Positions 1-8,322 of a stretch of 64,000 nucleotides of DNA are shown piece by piece. Position 1 is the first letter of the stretch; every line of letters starts with the position of its first letter. The stretch is from Syntrophales bacterium (lineage in GTDB: Bacteria; Desulfobacterota; Syntrophia; Syntrophales; UBA4778): assembly GCA_028712885.1 (NCBI GenBank), contig JAQTPK010000003.1, positions 11,129 through 75,128 of the forward strand, in the 5' to 3' direction. A program made the position numbers and the translations under genes. The notes beneath the pieces were generated by a model. That model saw only the letters and a program-made list of their open reading frames with translations. It did no database searches and was not told where the DNA came from.

Positions 1-2349
1 GCCCGTTTTTTCTTGAGCTCTCGCGGTGGATTGCCCTCGCGACAAGTTCTTTTCCCACGCCGGTTTCCCCGAAAATCAATACCGTTGAATTGCTGTGGGC
101 AACCTTTTTGATAAGGCGATGCAAACTCAAAGCTAAATTGCTCTTGCCGATGATTTCACCGAACGCAAGGGATTCCTCTATTTCTTCAACGTAATAAAGA
201 TTTTCCTCCAGCAGCTTCTTATTTAAACGGGCTATTTCTTCATTGGCCTGAACCCGGTCGATAGCGACTGCGATCTGCGATGCAAACGCGGAGAGCAGCT
301 TGATTATATCCGGGCTCAGGTTGAGCGAAAAGAATCGGCTGTCCTGATAAAGGACCCCGATCACCCTGTCGCCCAGGTTGAGAGGTGTGATAATGGCCTG
401 GCGGAAATGAGGATGCTCCTGCTCCCCTATTTTGTACTGGAGTATTTTATAATCATGCGACTGCGCCACTGCGTGTATGTCCCGCATTGAGACATGAAAT
501 TTTTCGTCCTGGACGTCCTCATGCAGCAGGTTTCGCGAGGCCGCCAGTTTAAGCTCGGGCCCGTTCTGATCCTTTGTGAACAGGGCAGACCTCTCCGCGC
601 CGGTTATCTTGGATATGGACGTGATTATACTTGTCAGCAGCGACTCCAGGTTCTCCTGCCTCGAGAGGGCGTCTCCCAGTTCAATCACGAAATCAAAAAG
701 GTTACCGTCGGCGTTCCGCGTGTCAGGGGGAGCAAAGCGCTTCAGGTCGGCAGGAAAGCAGTTGGGGGCAATCGGATTGAAGAATTCGTGGGCTTTGAGG
801 GCATAATTCCCGGCCTTTTGCCAATCGTGTATTTGAACGTAATTCCTGGCAAGTTCGGTCCTGATTTTGGCCAGCTCGAAAGTTGCTCCCATCTGCTCGA
901 CAGTTTTTTCGAGCTCATGAAGAATGTTGAACTTCTCCGCAAGGGGTGTCTTGTCCTCGGGCAGGCCCAGCTGAAGGCGCTGTATCATCCCGTACATGAG
1001 CGGATTAACCCGGTCCTTGTCCAGTTTGGACAGGTAATCGAAAACGGGCCTCAGATTGATGGGCGAAACGCCTTTTGAATGCAGGATGTAGCCGGTATCC
1101 AGGAGAGAGTAAAAATTCAAAATATGATGCCAGCTTGATTTTTTTATCTTCCACATGATCTTGTAATGCTCAACCGCCGCATCGAGATTGCCTTCCTGGC
1201 ACTCGATGCTCGACAGCCCCATTCCGGCCAGAACCTCCACCATCGGCAGGTTTTCTTTCCCGGCCAATTCGAGTGCCCGTTCGAAAAAAAACCGGCTGTT
1301 GCTGAGCTGCCTGGTTTCAAGGAGTATCAGGCCTGCAGTTACAAGCGCATACGATAACAGGGGCAGGTTGGCGGTTTTTTCACACTGGTTCTGAATCGCT
1401 TCCGTTATGCCCAGCCCTCTCTGCGGCATGCCGACCTGGGTATACCCAAGGGCAATATTGAGAGAGACCAGGTGGGAGAAATCATTTTCGTTTGCCGGCT
1501 CAAGCTCACCCAGGGAATTTTCGTAGGCTTCAATGGCTTTGAAGAACTGACATTTTATCAGGTAAATAAGCCCTTGTCCTTTCAATCCCCTTTTCAGCAG
1601 TTCCTGGTCTTCAATCTGCCGGATAATGTCCCAGCCCAGGTTGAAATAATAAACCGCCTGTTCATAACGGAAATACATCCAGTCGTTCTGTCCCAGGAGA
1701 AGGTACAGCGATGCCTGCGATCTCAAATCGCCGATGAAACGAGCCCTCTCCAGGGCGACGGAAAGGAGATTGTTTGTCTTCTTTATGCTGGGATCGAACA
1801 GCGACAACGAAGTCCGGTGTTCGATCGCATTGACAAAAGTGAGCCAGGAACTCTCCGGAAGATCGCGATCCGCAGGACTGATGATCTTGCCGACAAAATC
1901 AAGGATGGAATCGTAAAGAATTATAGCAGAGGAGATCCTGTGATTGGCCTCCTCGTAATGAGCCGCCTTCAAGATTACGCCGAGGTCCCCTTCCTGCACC
2001 CCCGCCTTGACATACTGGCGGGCTACCGTCAGGGCGCCGGCGCTGTCGTCTGTCATGTTCCTGGCAAGGATGTCGGCAGAATCCCGGTAGTAAGCCGCAA
2101 GATCCTGCCGGGGTATTGCAGAGATTATTTCCTCTTTGGGAAATTTCTCGGACCAGCAATAGTAACCCGAATTCTCGCTGCTCGGCACGATCCACTGATT
2201 TCGCTCAAAAATCAAGATCACGGAAACCAGCCGGGAAGTCTTTATATCGGGGAACCAATCGACTGAAAATAACTCCGGGAAGCATGCAAGGGCAAATACG
2301 ATTCCCTTATCTTCCTCATTAAACTGTGAAAGGATTACTTCAATATCCA
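1..2349 (-). CDS. Sigma-54-dependent transcriptional activator (enhancer-binding protein), C-terminus cut by window edge; about 760 aa of TPR-like plus GAF sensory region precede the AAA+ domain
   Basis: Absent from the supplied ORF track (no stop inside window). Manual reverse translation from ATG 2349-2347 reads MDIEVILSQFNEEDKGIVFALACFPE... and stays open to base 1, ending ...FGEIIGKSNLALSLHRLIKKVAHSNSTVLIFGETGVGKELVARAIHRESSRKNG (sigma-54 interaction domain, Walker A GETGVGKE). Preceding segment ...GAERSALFTKDQNGPELKLAASRNL...GDRVIGVLYQDSRFFS... is GAF-like. Plus-strand ORFs 494-1078 and 1472-2266 are antisense shadows of it. Confidence 0.85.
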
Positions 2350-2569
2350 TGCTCCTCTCCCCAACAAAGTCTGGTGACCTATATATCAAAAACGGCCCCT
2401 GTAAACACCTGTTAAATATTCAACAGCAGTCAATGGATTGGGATAATGAATTCTTGCCGGAGCAGCGTTGTGTCAGAAACGGCCATAATTGACACCTGTC
2501 GAAGTGTAAACTCATGTTTTCCGATATCTTTGCCATTCATAAATAACTGAATTTACTCGCGAATACCCA

Positions 2570-2585
2570 TGGCATAATTATTGTA
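2570..2585 (+). promoter_or_regulatory. Candidate sigma-54 (-24/-12) promoter TGGCAT-N5-TTGT
   Basis: TGGCATaattaTTGTa about 36 nt upstream of ATG 2621, in the divergent region next to a sigma-54 activator gene. The -24 element is good; the -12 reads GT instead of the conserved GC, so the match is imperfect. Confidence 0.3.
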
Positions 2586-2620
2586 AATTACTTCAGGTAT
2601 GGATATTGTGGGGTGAAACA

Positions 2621-3847
2621 ATGAATGAAAGTGAAAACGATGTTGTTATCGTCAGCGCGGTCAGAACTCCGTTCGGGCGATTTGACGGCGTACTCAAGAC
2701 AACTCTCAGCATGGACCTGGGCGTTTTCGCCGTTAAAGAAGCAGTCCGCCGGATCAACCTGTCCCCGGCGCTGGTGGACGAGGTTTATTACGGTACATGC
2801 ATTCCTGCCGAGTATGCCATCTATACGAATGTACCCGCGCGGCAAATCACGCTCCTGGCAGGCTTTCCGGAAAGCAATATCTCCCTGACCATCGACCGCG
2901 CCTGCTGCTCGTCCATGACCGCTCTGCGCATGGGCTGGCGGGCCATCAAGTCGGGGGCCGCGGAAATCGTCATCGCCTGCGGAGCGGAGAACATGGGCAA
3001 TGTGCCCCTCATCGCCTCCGCCGCCAAGGCCCGCTGGGGCGTACGGCTGGGTCCCATAGAACTGGAGGATGTCCTTTTTGAGCTGGGCTACGGGCGCAAG
3101 GGATTTGCCCCGGTTGCGACAGATGCGGGCCACGTCGCCGTGGAATACGGCGTCGGCCGCGAAAAGCAGGACGAGTGGGCTCTTGCCAGCCACCTCAAAT
3201 ATCATGCAGCCTTCAAAGCTGGCAAGTTCAATGTCGGCGAGGAACTCATGAAGCTTGAGATTCCCCGGAAGAAGGCGCCCATCGTCCTGGAAAGGGACGA
3301 GTCCCCCCGGGACAACCTGACCATGGAAAAAATGGCGGCCCTGAAAGCCGTATACGGCAGCCCGACCGTGACCGCAGGCAATGCGCCCGGCCTTAATTCG
3401 GGCGCATCGGCAATAGTCATCATGTCCAGGAAGAAAGCGGATTCGCTGGGGCTGAAAGTCCTCGGGAAAATTGCGGCCTGTGAGTGCGGCGCCGGCGCAC
3501 CGAAATACATGGCCTGCGTCCCCGCCCAGACTATAGAAAAGATGTTTTCCAAAACCGGGCACACTATCGATGAAATGGACCTGATCGAAATAAACGAGGC
3601 GTTCGCCGCCGTCACCCTGGTCTCCCTGAAGATGCTGGCAAAAGATGATCCGGATAAGTGGAAGTCTCTTCAGGACAAGACAAACGTCAATGGCGGCGCC
3701 ATAGCGATCGGACACCCGGTGGGCGCCAGCGGCGCGCGCATCACCATGACCATGATGTACGAGCTCCTGCGCCGCGGGGGCGGACGGGGCGTGGCCGCCA
3801 TTTGCGGAGGCTTGTCCCAGGGTGAGGCGATCCTGATTGAAGTTTGA
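2621..3847 (+). CDS. Acetyl-CoA C-acyltransferase (canonical thiolase)
   Basis: ORF 2606-3847; ATG 2621 preferred (GGGGTGA upstream). VVIVSAVRTPFGRF N-terminus, nucleophile motif DRACCSSMTAL, NVNGGAIAIGHPVGASGARI and CGGLSQGEA give the complete thiolase Cys-His-Cys set. Confidence 0.9.
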   Translation: MNESENDVVIVSAVRTPFGRFDGVLKTTLSMDLGVFAVKEAVRRINLSPALVDEVYYGTCIPAEYAIYTNVPARQITLLAGFPESNISLTIDRACCSSMTALRMGWRAIKSGAAEIVIACGAENMGNVPLIASAAKARWGVRLGPIELEDVLFELGYGRKGFAPVATDAGHVAVEYGVGREKQDEWALASHLKYHAAFKAGKFNVGEELMKLEIPRKKAPIVLERDESPRDNLTMEKMAALKAVYGSPTVTAGNAPGLNSGASAIVIMSRKKADSLGLKVLGKIAACECGAGAPKYMACVPAQTIEKMFSKTGHTIDEMDLIEINEAFAAVTLVSLKMLAKDDPDKWKSLQDKTNVNGGAIAIGHPVGASGARITMTMMYELLRRGGGRGVAAICGGLSQGEAILIEV

Positions 3848-3869
3848 TCTGATCTGATTGGAGGACCAA

Positions 3870-4325
3870 ATGTCTGATTGGCGGAAAGATGTGGAACCGT
3901 TGACCCTGAAAGGTCAAATAGCCATCCCCTACACGTGGCATGTCGGGGATGTGGGGAGCAGGTTCCTGGCGGCCCTGCGGGACGAAAAGAAGATTCTGGG
4001 GAGCAGGTGTCCGGAGTGCGGGAAAGTGTTTGTTCCGGCAAGAAAAAATTGCGGCGCCTGCTTTGTGGACATAAGCGAATGGGTGGAATTAAAACCGGAG
4101 GGCGTAATCGAGGCCTATACAATCGTGCATTACAGTCATCCCATCCAGCCCGTGAAGCCTCCCTTTGCCTACGCCCTGATAAAACTGGACGGAGCGGATG
4201 TGGGATTTCTTCACTTGATAAAAAAGGACCTGGATAAACTGAAAAACGGTCTCAGGGTGAAGGCTGAATTCAGCGGAGAGCGCACCGGGAAAATCCTGGA
4301 TATCGACTCCTTCGAGCTGGTTTAA
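3870..4325 (+). CDS. DUF35 Zn-ribbon/OB-fold protein (BbsA-like thiolase partner)
   Basis: ORF 3858-4325; ATG 3870 follows GGAGGA. Four-Cys ribbon CPECGKVFVPARKNCGAC followed by an OB-fold-like C-terminal half; small size and position next to thiolase-fold genes. Confidence 0.8.
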   Translation: MSDWRKDVEPLTLKGQIAIPYTWHVGDVGSRFLAALRDEKKILGSRCPECGKVFVPARKNCGACFVDISEWVELKPEGVIEAYTIVHYSHPIQPVKPPFAYALIKLDGADVGFLHLIKKDLDKLKNGLRVKAEFSGERTGKILDIDSFELV

Positions 4326-4345
4326 ATCCAGGGGAGGTAATGCAA

Positions 4346-5488
4346 ATGGATAAAGCGGCAATCGTCGGCGTAGCGCAGACCAGATATGAAAGAAGGAAAA
4401 AGGACCAGATCTTCGCCGATATGGTTTTTGACGTGACCCGGGCGGCATTGGACGATGCGGGACTCACGATAAACGACATCGACAGCGTCGTAACCTGTTC
4501 CAATGATTTTTACGACGGGCGCACCATCTCCGGCATGGCCGTCGGAGATGCCGCGGGCGGCATGGACAAGAACATCTCCACCGTGTCCGGGGACGGCACA
4601 TTCGGCGCGTTTTACGGGCTCATGAGGGTCCTGTCCGGCTATAAGGCCACTATCGTTGTCGCCCATTATAAGGGCAGCGAGGGAGATGTGAAAATTACCA
4701 CGAACGGCATGTTTGATCCCATTTTCCATCGCTTCCTGGGCATAGAGGCTATTTCCGCGGCGGCCTTGCAGGCCAATGCGTATATGAATCTTTACGGCCT
4801 CACGGAAGAGCAGTTTGCCGAAGTTTCCGTCAAGAATCACGGTAATGCCTTGAACAACCCCTATGCCCAGCTGGCGATGAAAATCACCGTGGCGGACGTG
4901 ATGAATTCAAAAAAAATAGCGGATCCACTCAAGCTGTTTGACTGCTGCCCGATCAGCGACGGCGCCGCGGCGATCATCATCGCCGGCGAAGAAATTGCGG
5001 CCCGCTCAAAGAAGAAGCCGGTGTGGATCAAGGGCGTCGCCCACTGCTGTGAGTCGTATCTGCTTGGGGACAGGGACCTGGCAAAACCCGTGGCTCTCTC
5101 CGAAGCCGCCAGGAAGGCATATGCGATGGCCGGCATAAAGAACCCTCTCAGGGAAATTGACGTGGCGGAAATTCTCGAGGCCTTCAGCTACATGGAACCC
5201 CTGTGGCTCGAAGGATTGGGATTCTGCAAACCCGGAGAAGGCGCAACCCTGATCGGCAAAGGAGTCACCGGCATGGGCGGCAGACTTCCGGTCAACCCGT
5301 CCGGCGGCGCGCTCTCCGCCAATCCCATCCTGGTTGCCGGGCTGGCGAGGCTGATCGAAGCGACCCTCCAGGTGCGCGGAGAAGCGGGGGCGAGACAGGT
5401 GGACAAAGTAAATACGGCGCTTGCACAAGGCTTTAACGGCCCCTGCGGTCAGAGCCACTGCGTGTGGATCATCGGCGGGAAGAAGTGA
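4346..5488 (+). CDS. SCP-x-type thiolase-fold protein lacking the nucleophilic Cys
   Basis: ORF 4340-5488; second ATG (4346) has GGAGG 8 nt upstream. Family motifs LFDCCPISDGAAAIIIAG and LPVNPSGGALS are present. The nucleophile position reads ISTVSGDGTFGAF (no Cys) and the His motif position reads SANPILVAG (no His). Confidence 0.75.
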   Translation: MDKAAIVGVAQTRYERRKKDQIFADMVFDVTRAALDDAGLTINDIDSVVTCSNDFYDGRTISGMAVGDAAGGMDKNISTVSGDGTFGAFYGLMRVLSGYKATIVVAHYKGSEGDVKITTNGMFDPIFHRFLGIEAISAAALQANAYMNLYGLTEEQFAEVSVKNHGNALNNPYAQLAMKITVADVMNSKKIADPLKLFDCCPISDGAAAIIIAGEEIAARSKKKPVWIKGVAHCCESYLLGDRDLAKPVALSEAARKAYAMAGIKNPLREIDVAEILEAFSYMEPLWLEGLGFCKPGEGATLIGKGVTGMGGRLPVNPSGGALSANPILVAGLARLIEATLQVRGEAGARQVDKVNTALAQGFNGPCGQSHCVWIIGGKK

Positions 5489-5495
5489 GGTGAAT

Positions 5496-6656
5496 ATGGG
5501 AAGAAAAGTAGCCGTTGTAGGAACAGGGCAGACCTATCACAGGAGCCACAGGCCTGATGTAACCTCCCGGGAGATGATCCGCGAGGCGGTGACATCGGCC
5601 CTGGCCGATGCTGATTTGAAGATAAAGGACATCGATGCCGTAGTCATCGGCAACATGGACCATTTCGAGTCCATCAATTACGTGGACACATACAGCATTG
5701 AGGGATCCGGGGCTTTCATGAAGCCGATCATGAAGGTATCGACCGGCGGCACAACCGGCGCCACGGTTGCTATCGCTGCATATTATCACGCAGCCTCCGG
5801 GCTGTTTGACCGCGTGCTGGCCGTCGGATTTGAAAAGAACTCGGAAAGCGACACAACAGGGGCGATCATCACCTGTTCAGACCCGATCTGGGACCGCTTC
5901 TCATATTCCGGCGCAATCCCGAGCCTGGCGACAGAGGCGACCGCTTACATGGAACAGTACGGGGCCACCCAGGAAGACGCGGCTCTGGTGGGCGAGCGGG
6001 ACCGCAATCATGCACTCAATAACCCGTATGCCCACTTGCAGAGGCCCCTCACCGTAAAGGACATCATGGCTTCGCCGATGCTGGCCTATCCCATCAAGCT
6101 GGGCGACATTTGTCCCCGCAGCGACGGTGCGTGCGCCATGATACTGGCGGCGGACGGAATTGCTCAGAAGACCGCTTCCAGGCCGGCGTGGTTCAAAGCG
6201 GTATCCGTACGGCACACGTACACATGGTTCGGGGATTCAACAGATTATAATAAGGGATTGGTTTCCATGCAGCAGGCATCTCAGGAAGCATATGCCCGGG
6301 CAGGGATAAGGAGCCCGGTCGACGAACTCGACGTGGCCGAGCTCTACCTTCCGTATACCTGGGCCGGCCTCAAGTGGATAGAGGACCTGGGACTTTGCGG
6401 CCGCGGAGAGGCCGCAAGGTTCGTGGGCGACAAGAACACCCATATGGGCGGGAAGCTGCCGATCAATCCGTCGGGGGGTGTCATTTCCACCAACTGCATC
6501 GGCGCAACGGCGATGCTGCGGGTCGCGGAGGCAGCCATCCAGGTCATGGGAAAGGGCGGCAAGCGGCAGGTGCCCGAGGCGAAAAACGCTCTCGCCACCG
6601 GGTTCGGCGGCTGTTTCTGGACCGATGTTGTAATTTTAAGTTCCGAAAGACCATAG
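5496..6656 (+). CDS. SCP-x-type thiolase-fold protein lacking the nucleophilic Cys (second paralog)
   Basis: Track start 5421 is an in-frame extension overlapping the upstream gene; ATG 5496 sits 8 nt after the upstream stop. KLGDICPRSDGACAMILA and LPINPSGGVIS motifs are present. The nucleophile position reads MKVSTGGTTGATVA (no Cys) and the His position reads STNCIGATA. Confidence 0.75.
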   Translation: MGRKVAVVGTGQTYHRSHRPDVTSREMIREAVTSALADADLKIKDIDAVVIGNMDHFESINYVDTYSIEGSGAFMKPIMKVSTGGTTGATVAIAAYYHAASGLFDRVLAVGFEKNSESDTTGAIITCSDPIWDRFSYSGAIPSLATEATAYMEQYGATQEDAALVGERDRNHALNNPYAHLQRPLTVKDIMASPMLAYPIKLGDICPRSDGACAMILAADGIAQKTASRPAWFKAVSVRHTYTWFGDSTDYNKGLVSMQQASQEAYARAGIRSPVDELDVAELYLPYTWAGLKWIEDLGLCGRGEAARFVGDKNTHMGGKLPINPSGGVISTNCIGATAMLRVAEAAIQVMGKGGKRQVPEAKNALATGFGGCFWTDVVILSSERP

Positions 6657-6674
6657 GGAAAGGGGATCAGATTA

Positions 6675-7154
6675 ATGTCAGCGGATAATCAGAAACCAGA
6701 AAGGCTGGAAGCCACCTTCGCTTTTCCGATGCTGTACGAGTGGTCAATAGGTCTTTACGGAAGCAGGTTTTTCCAGGAGATCATGAACAACAAGCGCTTT
6801 ATCGGGATTAAATGCCCCGGCTGCGGCAAAATCTACGTGCCGCCACGCCGGGTTTGCGGCCCCTGCTTCAAGGAGTTGACGGAACTGGTGCCTCTTTCGG
6901 ATACAGGAGTCCTCACCGCCTTTTCAGTGGTGAATTACCCCTTTATCGATCCGAACACCGGTTCCCGAAGACCGATCCCGTATACTTACGGATACATTCA
7001 GCTTGACGGCGCCGACAATATTTTTTCTCACATCATCAACGAGACGGACCTCAGCAGGATAAAAGTCGGGATGAAGGTTCGGGCGGTATTCAAGGACAGG
7101 GCCGAGATGAAGGGCAATATCGAGGACATAAAATATTTTGAATTGATCAGGTGA
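6675..7154 (+). CDS. DUF35 Zn-ribbon/OB-fold protein (second copy)
   Basis: CPGCGKIYVPPRRVCGPC ribbon plus OB-fold-like C-terminus; 159 aa; follows the thiolase-fold pair after an 18-nt gap. Confidence 0.8.
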   Translation: MSADNQKPERLEATFAFPMLYEWSIGLYGSRFFQEIMNNKRFIGIKCPGCGKIYVPPRRVCGPCFKELTELVPLSDTGVLTAFSVVNYPFIDPNTGSRRPIPYTYGYIQLDGADNIFSHIINETDLSRIKVGMKVRAVFKDRAEMKGNIEDIKYFELIR

Positions 7155-7170
7155 AGCCGGGAGGACACGA

Positions 7171-8304
7171 ATGTATCAGGAATATTTCACTGAAGAGCAC
7201 AATATATTTCGCGAGAGCGTCAGAAAATTTGTGGAGAAGGAAATCAAACCCCATGTCGATGAATGGGAGGAGAAGGAAATTTTCGATATCGGGCTTTACA
7301 AGAAAGCCGGCGATGCAGGTTTCCTCGGGCTGGAATTCCCCGAGGAATACGGCGGGACCCCCTGCGACAAGCTGATGTTCGTCGTGTACGTTGAGGAACT
7401 GGTCCGCAGCGGCTCGCTGGGCGTGGCCATAGGCGTTTCCACTCACCACATTTCTACGCCGCACGTTTTCAAAATGGGCACCGAAGAGCAACGGCGGCGT
7501 TTCGTAGTCCCTGTCCTGAAGGGCGACAGAATATCAGCCCTCGGCGTTACGGAACCCAATGCCGGCTCGGACGTGGCCAACATAGCCACACGCGCCGTAC
7601 GCGAAGGGGACTGCTATATCGTGAACGGGGCCAAGACTTTTATCTCCAGCGGAACCCGGGCCAACTTCATCACCACGGCCGTGAGGACCGGCGGGCCTGG
7701 CCACAAGGGAATAAGTCTCCTTATTATCGAATCCGACAGCCCCGGGTTCAAGGTCGCCAAGAAGATCCGCAAAATGGGATGGCACGCTTCGGATACGGCG
7801 GAGCTGAGCTTTGAGGATTGCAGGGTCCCCGTTGCAAACCTCCTGGGGAAGGAAGGCGACGGCTTCAAGGGAATAATGATCAATTTTCAGAACGAGAGGC
7901 TCGAGCTCTCCGTTCATGCCCACATGGTTGCCCAGCTCGCGCTCGAGGAGTCGATAAAGTATGCCAAGTCCCGCGAGGCCTTCGGCAAGCCGATTTTCAA
8001 CCAGCAGGTCATTATGCACAAGCTGGTTGACATGGCCACCCTGGTCGAAATCGCCAGGGAGTATAATTACCGGGTCGCAGCCATGATGGACGCGAAAAAA
8101 AATGCAGTCAAGGAAGTATCGATGGCAAAGAACTTTGCGTGTCAGGCCTGCGACAAGGTCGTCTTCGACGCAGTCCAGATCCACGGCGGTTATGGATATG
8201 CGAAAGAATACCTCGTTGAAAGGCTCTACCGCGACTCGCGCGTCATCAGCATCGGCGGCGGGACCACGGAGGTCATGAAAAACGTAATCGCAAATTTTTT
8301 ATAA
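7171..8304 (+). CDS. Acyl-CoA dehydrogenase (IVD-like C-terminal motif)
   Basis: GVTEPNAGSDVANI, GGYGYAKEYLVERLYRDSRVISIGGGTTEVMKN; GGGAGGA SD before ATG 7171. GGG replaces the YEG catalytic-Glu triplet. Confidence 0.85.
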   Translation: MYQEYFTEEHNIFRESVRKFVEKEIKPHVDEWEEKEIFDIGLYKKAGDAGFLGLEFPEEYGGTPCDKLMFVVYVEELVRSGSLGVAIGVSTHHISTPHVFKMGTEEQRRRFVVPVLKGDRISALGVTEPNAGSDVANIATRAVREGDCYIVNGAKTFISSGTRANFITTAVRTGGPGHKGISLLIIESDSPGFKVAKKIRKMGWHASDTAELSFEDCRVPVANLLGKEGDGFKGIMINFQNERLELSVHAHMVAQLALEESIKYAKSREAFGKPIFNQQVIMHKLVDMATLVEIAREYNYRVAAMMDAKKNAVKEVSMAKNFACQACDKVVFDAVQIHGGYGYAKEYLVERLYRDSRVISIGGGTTEVMKNVIANFL

Positions 8305-8322
8305 AAAGAACGGAGCAAAAAC

